Source: a virus. Taken from it: a DNA stretch of 64,000 nt. This document shows, piece after piece, positions 10,530 through 18,715 of this stretch. The DNA is taken from IMG/VR virus record IMGVR_UViG_3300009124_000007, positions 1 to 64,000 of that record. One strand, given 5' to 3'. Below the pieces are notes generated by a model. The model did no database searches, had not been told where the DNA came from, and saw only the letters and a list, made by a program, of their open reading frames with translations. Numbering within the stretch: the first letter of the stretch is position 1; each line of letters starts with the position of its first letter. The position numbers and the translations under genes were made by a program.

Positions 10530-10993
10530 TGAAAATCGAATTTCATCATAGATGGGGTGGACAAGAAACTTGGTATACCAAGTCAATGGATTGGGCACGA
10601 AACCAGAAGTATCCATGGAACCAGATTTATAAAGGAATAATTCAATGGTTGTGGAAACATTGGGTTGATGGTAAAATCGAAATGGAAATGGATTCCGTTG
10701 ACAAACAAACAGAATCAATTGTAAAACAATGGGAAAAAGATGATGAGCGACCAAGACCAGAAATCGTGGAGACTGGAGTATTTGGAGAAGAAGGTTGGTC
10801 TATCTCCATGTCAGATCCAAATCTTGACAGAGGGTCCGAAGAGTCTGAGTCAGGCATGGGCACTACAAGCAATGAAATACGATTGGCAGAAAAAATTTCA
10901 GATCCGTGGGACTACTCAGGAGACTGGAACGACGCATTTATAGGATTTGATAATGAATTTAGAAAACATTCAGGAGATGTGGAAACGAGATAG
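10529..10993 (+). CDS. hypothetical protein
   Basis: TAATG coupling to gp3; N-terminal half resembles cyanophage hypotheticals (recalled). Confidence 0.6.
   Translation: MKIEFHHRWGGQETWYTKSMDWARNQKYPWNQIYKGIIQWLWKHWVDGKIEMEMDSVDKQTESIVKQWEKDDERPRPEIVETGVFGEEGWSISMSDPNLDRGSEESESGMGTTSNEIRLAEKISDPWDYSGDWNDAFIGFDNEFRKHSGDVETR
10740..10943 (+). CDS. hypothetical protein nested out of frame in the previous ORF
   Basis: WRLEY...LTEGPKSLSQAWALQAM resembles a small cyanophage family (recalled); stops just before uvsY. Confidence 0.55.
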   Translation: MMSDQDQKSWRLEYLEKKVGLSPCQIQILTEGPKSLSQAWALQAMKYDWQKKFQIRGTTQETGTTHL

Positions 10994-11381
10994 TGTTATC
11001 GATTCCGATCTCTACTGTGAGGAATCTACCAGGATTCCACAACTACATCAAAAGTACATGGAGTTGTTCAATACGTTCTTTCTAATGCAGAAGGAGCAAG
11101 AAGCAAAATTGAAAACAACTAAGCGTGATAAATGGTTATATTACAAAGGCAGAGCACCAGCATCAGTGTATAAGGATGCACCATTCGATCTAAAACTCAC
11201 CACCAGAGAAGAGATCGATATGTTTATCGAAGCAGATGAAGAGTACCAGAAGGTCATTCTAAAACTAGACTACATAGGACAGGTATTAGCATTTCTTGAT
11301 TCGGTTCTAAGGCAACTGAACAACCGAACATTCCAAATCAAGAATGCAATCGAGTGGCAAAAGTTTCAGAATGGATTATGA
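10953..11381 (+). CDS. uvsY: recombination mediator UvsY
   Basis: MWKRDSVID, RTFQIKNAIEWQKF; synteny with uvsW. Confidence 0.92.
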   Translation: MNLENIQEMWKRDSVIDSDLYCEESTRIPQLHQKYMELFNTFFLMQKEQEAKLKTTKRDKWLYYKGRAPASVYKDAPFDLKLTTREEIDMFIEADEEYQKVILKLDYIGQVLAFLDSVLRQLNNRTFQIKNAIEWQKFQNGL

Positions 11382-11932
11382 GGTACGGTGACCCTTACAT
11401 TATTGTTGACATTCCCCCTATTACATGGGGGAACATAAAAAAACATCTGGAAACCATTCCCGTAGAAGGAGCAAAACTTTTCGGGAAAAAGGGTTTGGAA
11501 GATCAAAAAGGTATCCGCGACTCATATGTTGGATGGGTTAGTGAACCTAAAATTCTTGATTTGTTCTTCGATATGGGAGAGCAAGTCAATAAGAAAGCAG
11601 GTTGGAATCTAGACATTCAATATTTGGAACCACTCCAATATACCGTTTATCACAGAGATGGATTCTACGACTGGCACGTAGATCAACACCACATCTGCGA
11701 TGGAGAGACTAGAAAAATATCATTTACCTGTTGGGTGAATGATGACTATGAAGGAGGGGAGTTTGATTTAGAGTTACATCACCCAGGTCATAATCCCAGA
11801 CATAAATCTTTCTTTGCTCAACCAGGTAAAGCAATTTTCTTTATGTCTGATTATTTTCACCGCGTGCGTCCCATTACATCTGGCGTGCGTAAATCTTTAG
11901 TAGGTTGGTTTTCAGGTCCTCCATATGTCTAA
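11378..11932 (+). CDS. 2OG-Fe(II) oxygenase
   Basis: YDWHVD, DYEGGEF, HRVRPITSGVRKSLVGW. Confidence 0.88.
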   Translation: MRYGDPYIIVDIPPITWGNIKKHLETIPVEGAKLFGKKGLEDQKGIRDSYVGWVSEPKILDLFFDMGEQVNKKAGWNLDIQYLEPLQYTVYHRDGFYDWHVDQHHICDGETRKISFTCWVNDDYEGGEFDLELHHPGHNPRHKSFFAQPGKAIFFMSDYFHRVRPITSGVRKSLVGWFSGPPYV

Positions 11933-13388
11933 TATCAAGATCCGTAAAAAGAACGAAGTATATTTGAAGGTAGAAACAGAACCTCATATTCACTATGAGT
12001 TGTCAGAGTTCTTTTGTTTTGAAGTTGAGTCTGCAAAATTTATGCAGCGTCAGCAACGTTATAAGCGTTGGGATGGAAAGATTCGCTTGTACTCCCCTGG
12101 CACAGGAGAAATCTATGTTGGATTGCTAGACTACCTAACTGACTGGGCATATGAGCGAGGGTATAGTTGGGAGTTTGAAGAGTGTAAATTCTTTGGGCAC
12201 CCAAAGGAAGAGAATGAAATGATCACTCCTGAGGGGGTCGTAGGTTTCGTAAAATCTCTGGGTCTACCACATCGCGTTCGGGATTATCAGTATAAAGCAA
12301 TATACGAGGCACTAAGATATAATAGACGACTTTTACTATCTCCGACAGCTTCTGGAAAGAGTCTGATGATTTACTCATTGGTCCGCTTCCATGTAAACGC
12401 TGGCAGGAACATCCTCATAGTAGTACCTACCACCAGTTTGGTAGAGCAGATGTACAAAGACTTTGAGGAATACGGATGGATGGCGTCCGAATATTGCCAC
12501 AAGATATACGCGGGGGCAGAAAAATACACGAATGCCCAGGTAGTAATTACCACTTGGCAATCTGTCTATAAGGAACCGCGTAAGTGGTTTGACAGGTTCG
12601 ATGTCGTGATTGGTGACGAGGCACACCTTTTCAAAGCTAAATCTCTTACTTCTCTTATGTCTAAGTTGCATGAGTGTAAGTATAGGATTGGATTTACTGG
12701 AACACTTGATGGAAGCAACACCAATCAACTAGTTTTGGAAGGTGTATTTGGTAGATGTAGTCAGGTCACTAAAACTAAAGACCTAATGCAAGCAGGTCAT
12801 GTTGCTAAACTCAAAGTGAAGATACTTGTTTTTCAACATAAGCAACAATCATTTTCAAACTACCAGGAAGAAATAGATTATATTGTATCTCACGAAGGGC
12901 GCAATAATTTTATTCGTAAACTAGCACAAGAACTCACTGGAAATACTCTAGTCTTATTCAACTATGTAGAGCGTCATGGAGACCCTCTTTATGAGATGAT
13001 AAATAATAGTACCAACAGACCAGTATTTTATGTACATGGTGGAGTAGAGGTACAAGATAGAGAAAGAGTTCGGACTATCACCGAACAATCAAATGACGCA
13101 ATTATCGTTGCATCCTTCGGCACATTCTCTACTGGTATCAATATCAAAAATCTACATAACGTTATTTTTGCTAGTCCTTCTAAGTCCAGAGTGAGGAACC
13201 TTCAATCAATAGGTCGTGTTCTGAGGAAAGGTGAAAATAAATCTCAAGCAGTGCTATATGATCTCGCTGATGACACTTCCAAAGGAATGTCTAGGCGAAA
13301 CTATACTCTGAATCACCTAATCGAAAGAGTAAAGGTGTACAACGAAGAGAAATTTGATTATGAAATCTTGGAAGTAAAGATCAAGTAG
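11925..13388 (+). CDS. uvsW: RNA-DNA/DNA helicase UvsW
   Basis: SPTASGKS, GDEAH, QSIGRVLR. Confidence 0.96.
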   Translation: MSNIKIRKKNEVYLKVETEPHIHYELSEFFCFEVESAKFMQRQQRYKRWDGKIRLYSPGTGEIYVGLLDYLTDWAYERGYSWEFEECKFFGHPKEENEMITPEGVVGFVKSLGLPHRVRDYQYKAIYEALRYNRRLLLSPTASGKSLMIYSLVRFHVNAGRNILIVVPTTSLVEQMYKDFEEYGWMASEYCHKIYAGAEKYTNAQVVITTWQSVYKEPRKWFDRFDVVIGDEAHLFKAKSLTSLMSKLHECKYRIGFTGTLDGSNTNQLVLEGVFGRCSQVTKTKDLMQAGHVAKLKVKILVFQHKQQSFSNYQEEIDYIVSHEGRNNFIRKLAQELTGNTLVLFNYVERHGDPLYEMINNSTNRPVFYVHGGVEVQDRERVRTITEQSNDAIIVASFGTFSTGINIKNLHNVIFASPSKSRVRNLQSIGRVLRKGENKSQAVLYDLADDTSKGMSRRNYTLNHLIERVKVYNEEKFDYEILEVKIK

Positions 13389-13392
13389 AACT

Positions 13393-13833
13393 ATGCTCAA
13401 TTATGTAAAGCACAATGAAGAGTTTCATTGTACTGTCAAACTAAAAGACGGTGCAGAGATCATTGGTCGTGCAATGGTATCTTACGATGATGAGATACAG
13501 ACACATGTTGTGTACATTCAGGACCCAGTACAGATCAATGTCATCATCAACGACAAAGGTGATGGAAAAGCAGTCCGAGGTATAGGATTCTCCAAGTGGA
13601 TGAACTTCTCTGACGAAGACTTCTTTATCCTTACTGAGAATAACATTCTGACTATGGCATCTCTTGCACCTGAAATGATTGGCATGTATGAGATGTTCTT
13701 GATCAGTGAAGAAGAAGATAAACTGAAAGATACAGACATTTACAAGAACTCTCAACCAGCAGACACTATCAAAGGGTGCTTAGGCACCATCGAAGAAGCA
13801 CGTCAGAAGTTAGAAGACATATTCAAAAAGTAA
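13393..13833 (+). CDS. conserved hypothetical protein between uvsW and gp55
   Basis: Synteny; VKLKDGAEII and KWMNFSDEDFF. Confidence 0.7.
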   Translation: MLNYVKHNEEFHCTVKLKDGAEIIGRAMVSYDDEIQTHVVYIQDPVQINVIINDKGDGKAVRGIGFSKWMNFSDEDFFILTENNILTMASLAPEMIGMYEMFLISEEEDKLKDTDIYKNSQPADTIKGCLGTIEEARQKLEDIFKK

Positions 13834-13865
13834 CTATAAGAGTTCCTTTGAACCCTGGCAGTGTT

Positions 13866-13894
13866 ATTCTACAGAGAAATGAATGACTTGTCAA
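13866..13894 (-). promoter_or_regulatory. antisense sigma70-type promoter
   Basis: Minus strand reads TTGACA-17-TAGAAT. Confidence 0.55.
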
Positions 13895-13916
13895 GTTCTT
13901 TTGTTCGTGCTATACT
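13888..13916 (+). promoter_or_regulatory. sigma70-type promoter for gp55
   Basis: TTGTCA-17-TATACT with extended TG. Confidence 0.65.
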
Positions 13917-13939
13917 TTTGTCAATGGTAAAATAAACTA

Positions 13940-14482
13940 ATGCTCAGAACTCCAGTGAAAAGAAAAAAAGAACATTACGTTGACAACAAACAGTTTCTTT
14001 CTGCAGTTATTGAGCTGAGAAATTATTTCCTGGAAGGTCAACATCTTGGACATAAGAGTCATATCGAGTCGGTAAACTATTTTCGGAATCATAGAGATAG
14101 AAGAACTAGTGTTAGGTTTCGTAGATGCTACGAGTATTTGGGAGATTGCTTCCTAAAGATTTCTACACACCTATCATATAGACCAAATTTCATCAACTAC
14201 ATGTACAAAGATGACATGATCAATGATGGAATTGAAAACTGCATTCAGTATGTTCTAAACTTCAATCCAGAAAAATCTAAGAATCCTTTCGCATACTTTA
14301 CTCAGATTGTTTATTACGCTTTCCTACGAAGGATAGCAAAAGAGAAACGTCAACTTGACATCAAAGATAAAATGATTGAGAAGTCTGGTTTTGATGACAT
14401 CGCTTCTGTAGATGAAGGTGATACCTATGGAAACAGTTATCACCAGATCAAATCCAAAATCGAAATGAGAATGAACTACTGA
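13940..14482 (+). CDS. gp55: late transcription sigma factor
   Basis: HYVDNKQFL, DMINDGIENC, NPFAYFTQI. Confidence 0.95.
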   Translation: MLRTPVKRKKEHYVDNKQFLSAVIELRNYFLEGQHLGHKSHIESVNYFRNHRDRRTSVRFRRCYEYLGDCFLKISTHLSYRPNFINYMYKDDMINDGIENCIQYVLNFNPEKSKNPFAYFTQIVYYAFLRRIAKEKRQLDIKDKMIEKSGFDDIASVDEGDTYGNSYHQIKSKIEMRMNY

Positions 14483-15528
14483 TGAAAGTTTTACTAATCA
14501 CTGACCAACATTTTGGTGTACGCAACGATAATCAAGCATACATTGAAATGTATAAAAAGTTTTATGGAAATTTAGTAATTCCTTTTATTGACAAAATGGG
14601 TATCGACACTATCATCTGCTTAGGTGATACCTTCGATAAACGCAAGTCCATCAACTTTATGTCTCTAGATGAGGCAAAGCAAATGTGGTTCGACCCTCTT
14701 GAACAGATGGGTGTGAAGATGTACATGCTTGTGGGTAATCATGACATCTACTACAAGAACACCCTCAGGATCAATGCACCCGCAGAACTATTGGGATCTT
14801 ATAACAACATCGACGTTGTTGAATCTCCCACTACAATTACACTTGATTCTACTGATATACTTCTTCTCCCATGGATTTGTGATGACAACCGAGGAGACGC
14901 CCTACGAGAAGTCCAAAGCAGTACTGCTACTGTCTGTATGGGCCATCTTGAGCTTGACGGTTTTGAAGCTCATCCTGGTGCTTTCATGAAGGGTGGTATG
15001 AATGCATCTGTCTTTGATCGTTTCGATAAAGTGTTCTCTGGACACTTCCACATGAAGTCTTCTAGGGGCAACATCAACTATCTGGGTAATCCATATCAGT
15101 TGTACTGGAATGATTATGGATGTAAGCGTGGGTTCCATGTCTTTGACACTGAAACTCTGAAGACCACTTTCTATCGTAATCCCAATGACATGTTCCGAAA
15201 GGTTTACTACAACAACGGTACAGTCAGGTTCGATAATCAAGAATCTATTGAAGGTACATATGTAAAACTTATCGTTGAGGAGAAAGAGAACCACGCAGAG
15301 TTTGATGAGTTCCTCAGAGAACTGCAGGAAATGAAACCAGCAGATCTCAACATTATTGAAAACCTTTCTGTTGACTTAGAAAATGGTGACGTTGATGTCG
15401 GGGAAACCGAAGATACTCTTACCCTTCTAGAAACCTACATAGATGAAGCAAAAGACAAAATAAAGGCAGACACAGATTCAATCAAGAAACTTCTCAAGTC
15501 CCTATACATCGAAGCGTGTGAGATCTAA
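14482..15528 (+). CDS. gp47: recombination endonuclease subunit (Mre11/SbcD-like)
   Basis: TDQHFG, GDTFD, GNHD, SGHFH. Confidence 0.96.
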   Translation: MKVLLITDQHFGVRNDNQAYIEMYKKFYGNLVIPFIDKMGIDTIICLGDTFDKRKSINFMSLDEAKQMWFDPLEQMGVKMYMLVGNHDIYYKNTLRINAPAELLGSYNNIDVVESPTTITLDSTDILLLPWICDDNRGDALREVQSSTATVCMGHLELDGFEAHPGAFMKGGMNASVFDRFDKVFSGHFHMKSSRGNINYLGNPYQLYWNDYGCKRGFHVFDTETLKTTFYRNPNDMFRKVYYNNGTVRFDNQESIEGTYVKLIVEEKENHAEFDEFLRELQEMKPADLNIIENLSVDLENGDVDVGETEDTLTLLETYIDEAKDKIKADTDSIKKLLKSLYIEACEI

Positions 15529-15779
15529 TGTATATCCTAGTTGCCACAGAAAGTGGAGGTGTGTATGCCTCTAGAGATCAGAACAGAAAAAAAGTAGTTC
15601 AAATTTTTGTGGAAGAGGATGATGCTACCAGATATCTGGGAATGTTAGATGCAGAAGGGTTTCAAGAAGACCTAGAAGTTACTGAAGTAGATATAACAGT
15701 AGTGGTTGCCAACTGCAAGAAATACGGTTATAATTACTGCATTGTAGAACCAAATCAGTTAGTGATACCCCCCTCATGA
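15528..15779 (+). CDS. hypothetical protein
   Basis: Translationally coupled between gp47 and gp46. Confidence 0.7.
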   Translation: MYILVATESGGVYASRDQNRKKVVQIFVEEDDATRYLGMLDAEGFQEDLEVTEVDITVVVANCKKYGYNYCIVEPNQLVIPPS

Positions 15780-17497
15780 TTTTATTTGAAAAGATTCGAT
15801 GGAAGAACTTCTTATCAACTGGTAACCAGTTCACGGAGTTCAACCTGATGGATTGTTCTTCCACGTTGGTGATTGGCAGAAACGGTGCTGGCAAATCAAC
15901 CATCTTGGATGCTTTGTGCTTTGGTCTATTCAACAAACCATTTCGTAAAATCAACAAACCACAGTTAGTAAATACCATCAACGAAAAAGACTGCATCGTT
16001 GAGGTGGAGTTTTCTGTAAACATGTTTCATTACAAAGTTGTAAGGGGAATCAAACCAACTAAATTTGAGGTATACAAAGATGGACAACTCTTGGATCAAG
16101 ATGCTGCATCAAAAGATACTCAAAAGTACTTGGAGCAGTCAATTCTCAAACTCAACTACAAATCTTTTACACAGGTCGTCATCCTGGGAAGTTCAACGTT
16201 TGTACCGTTCATGCAACTCCCAGCAGCTCATCGAAGGGAAGTAATTGAGGATCTGCTGGACATCGGCATTTTTTCTAACATGAATACAATCCTGAAGGAT
16301 CGTGTTAGTGCTTTGAGACAGCATCAGAGTGATTGCGATCACATGCTCAAACTTGCATCTGAGAAAGTGTCAATGCAAGAACGCAACATTGAGAATCTAG
16401 AGAAGGTTACTGACGATAGACTCTTAGAGAAACAAAACAAAATCTCTGACAATCAGAAAGAGATTGAGAAACTACAAGAAACAATTCTTGAACTGAAAAA
16501 AATAATTGATACAAAAGAAAACAATGCCGATGAACGGCATGATGTTTCTGAACGTATTGACAAACTCAAGATCATGCGAGCAAAGATCTCCGAGAAGAAA
16601 CGCATGGTAGCAAAAGAACTCAAGTTCTTTATAGACAATGATACTTGCCCAACATGTCGTCAAGCAATTCAACCAGACTTCAAAACAAATCGAACTGCAG
16701 AACTAGATGCTAAGGAGATTGAGTATGAAGATGCATTGGGTCAAATCACAACTACCATTGATCAGTCTGTTGAATCTCTGCATGTTTTGGAAGAGAAGTC
16801 TAAAGAACTTGCAGATCTCCGTTCTAACTACAACATACACGAACGAGAGGTTGTTCGATTTGAGTTTGAGAATCTAAACCTCAACAAAGAAATTATTGCT
16901 TTGCAATCAAATCAAACTGATGTTGATGCTGAACGAAAAACTCTAAATCAACTTAGAGAAGAGTATGGCAAAACTAAGCAAGACTGTGCTAGTATAAGTA
17001 AAGAGTGCGACGAATACCGAATCGTTTCTAACCTACTGAAGGATTCGGGAATCAAGAGTCGAATCATCAAGAAGTACATCCCTGTGTTCAATCAACTTAT
17101 CAATAAGTATTTGCACAGTATGGACTTCTACGTCAACTTCACACTTGACGAAAACTTTGATGAGAAAATCAAGTCTCGATTCCGTGACGACTTTTCTTAT
17201 GCATCGTTCTCTGAAGGTGAGAAGCAGAAGATCGACCTGGCACTCCTCTTCACTTGGCGAGAAATCGCACGAATGAAGAACAGCGTCTCTACCAACCTCC
17301 TGATTTTGGATGAGGTTTTCGACTCCTCACTAGACGATGGTGGCACACAAGAACTTCTAAAGATCTTGCGTAATCTGGGAAATGATGCTAATATATTCGT
17401 CATCTCCCATAAGGGAGAAATCCTAGTCGATAAGTTCCTCAGAACTGCTATCTTTGAGAAGGTCAATGACTTTTCCAAAATGCGTTATGATGGATGA
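15776..17497 (+). CDS. gp46: recombination ATPase subunit (Rad50/SbcC-like)
   Basis: GRNGAGKST, CPTC zinc hook, FSEGE signature, LILDEVFD. Confidence 0.97.
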   Translation: MILFEKIRWKNFLSTGNQFTEFNLMDCSSTLVIGRNGAGKSTILDALCFGLFNKPFRKINKPQLVNTINEKDCIVEVEFSVNMFHYKVVRGIKPTKFEVYKDGQLLDQDAASKDTQKYLEQSILKLNYKSFTQVVILGSSTFVPFMQLPAAHRREVIEDLLDIGIFSNMNTILKDRVSALRQHQSDCDHMLKLASEKVSMQERNIENLEKVTDDRLLEKQNKISDNQKEIEKLQETILELKKIIDTKENNADERHDVSERIDKLKIMRAKISEKKRMVAKELKFFIDNDTCPTCRQAIQPDFKTNRTAELDAKEIEYEDALGQITTTIDQSVESLHVLEEKSKELADLRSNYNIHEREVVRFEFENLNLNKEIIALQSNQTDVDAERKTLNQLREEYGKTKQDCASISKECDEYRIVSNLLKDSGIKSRIIKKYIPVFNQLINKYLHSMDFYVNFTLDENFDEKIKSRFRDDFSYASFSEGEKQKIDLALLFTWREIARMKNSVSTNLLILDEVFDSSLDDGGTQELLKILRNLGNDANIFVISHKGEILVDKFLRTAIFEKVNDFSKMRYDG

Positions 17498-17526
17498 CAG
17501 TTTCTAGGGGACTTCGGTCCCCGCTA

Positions 17527-17600
17527 CGAGCATTAGCGCAGTTTGGTAGCGCATTCGCTTTGGGAGCGAAGGGTCGTAGGTTCAAATCCTACATGCTCGA
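17527..17600 (+). tRNA. tRNA-Pro(TGG)
   Basis: Acceptor CGAGCAT/ATGCTCG; anticodon arm TTCGC-TTTGGGA-GCGAA; T loop TTCAAAT; CCA not encoded. Confidence 0.95.
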
Positions 17601-17620
17601 CTCCGTGTGAAGGAAGTGTA

Positions 17621-17657
17621 AGGAGGGCTTGACGCCCTCCTTTTTCTTTGCTATATT
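17621..17657 (+). terminator. terminator hairpin with overlapping sigma70 promoter
   Basis: AGGAGGGC-TTGAC-GCCCTCCT plus T-run; TTGACG-17-TATATT. Confidence 0.75.
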
Positions 17658-17677
17658 GCAGGAAAATTTTTCACCCC

Positions 17678-17869
17678 ATGTACAAACCTTATTCTCCTGA
17701 GTGGCACCGCCATAGATACTTGAAGGAAGCACTTGATAAGTATATCGATGATGGTGTGGACAACCAAACCATTTTGAACGATATCCTAAATATAGTCAGT
17801 GCTCGTGCTGAAACCGCATATAGCGAGTTTAGTAGACTAAATGATCTAGAGTCAAAATTGAGGGAATAG
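17678..17869 (+). CDS. hypothetical protein
   Basis: MYKPYSPEWHR N-terminus, typical of cyanophage ORFs (recalled). Confidence 0.7.
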   Translation: MYKPYSPEWHRHRYLKEALDKYIDDGVDNQTILNDILNIVSARAETAYSEFSRLNDLESKLRE

Positions 17870-17870
17870 T

Positions 17871-18188
17871 ATGCTTTCGACTGCATATCGTAAAAGGTTA
17901 GAGGGGATCTGCCAAAAGATATCCATGGGGGAAGAGGTAGATCTACAAGATATGATTTGGGCAGAAAAAATTGCTAAGTCATATACCACTGCTAGAGACT
18001 GGTTGAATCAAGCAAGACGCAAAGCAGCAAATCCAGATATGCAGGAAGGTAGTATGGATGATTTTATGAATAGGATGGGATTAGGTGACCCCGACCCATC
18101 CAATCACAAAACGGGGTTCGGTTCTGCAGATGAAATTGTAGACTGGTTCAACAGAGACAAACCTGATGATTGGAGACAACGTGACTAA
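17871..18188 (+). CDS. hypothetical protein
   Basis: MLSTAYR...DWRQRD, typical of cyanophage ORFs (recalled). Confidence 0.75.
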   Translation: MLSTAYRKRLEGICQKISMGEEVDLQDMIWAEKIAKSYTTARDWLNQARRKAANPDMQEGSMDDFMNRMGLGDPDPSNHKTGFGSADEIVDWFNRDKPDDWRQRD

Positions 18189-18408
18189 CGACTTTCTTGA
18201 TAATCTGGCAAACCATCAATACCAGAAAATGAATAATGAACCCATGATAAAAGGTGATTGGCGCAAAGCAACTAATAAAGCAATTGCTGCCAATCTCATT
18301 GAAAGTCTTGAAAAACTTTTAGGTGGGGAAGCAAAGCATTACATTTGCTGTGATAGAACTACCGAACATGAAAAAATTGTAATCGAGTATAACCACAAGA
18401 ACAAATGA
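18181..18408 (+). CDS. hypothetical protein
   Basis: ORF fills the gap; GGAG before GTG. Confidence 0.55.
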   Translation: MTNDFLDNLANHQYQKMNNEPMIKGDWRKATNKAIAANLIESLEKLLGGEAKHYICCDRTTEHEKIVIEYNHKNK

Positions 18409-18644
18409 TTCAAGCACTAGTGTATGGTAACGGCGGTCAAGAATCTGAACGAGCAATTATGGTTCTTGAAGCATGTGGTCAGGATGTAAGAGAATTCTTA
18501 CTAGGTGCTGACTTTAGCGACAAACAATTCAGAGCAGAATTTGGATCGGAAGCAGAGTACCCACAGATTGCCATTGGGTTGGACCATCGTGGCAGTTTGA
18601 AGGAAACTCTCAAGTACATGAGTGACAAAGGGATGTTCACCTAA
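18405..18644 (+). CDS. glutaredoxin-fold protein lacking CxxC
   Basis: Grx-like pattern (FRAEFG, YPQI, GSLKETLKY), with GNGGQES where the CPYC site would be. Confidence 0.6.
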   Translation: MIQALVYGNGGQESERAIMVLEACGQDVREFLLGADFSDKQFRAEFGSEAEYPQIAIGLDHRGSLKETLKYMSDKGMFT

Positions 18645-18661
18645 GGAACTGGCACAGTAGT

Positions 18662-18691
18662 TTGACGGGTTGACCTATGGGACGCTATAAT
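18662..18691 (+). promoter_or_regulatory. sigma70-type early promoter
   Basis: TTGACG-18-TATAAT. Confidence 0.7.
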
Positions 18692-18715
18692 GGTTACATA
18701 CCAAAAGAACCAGAG

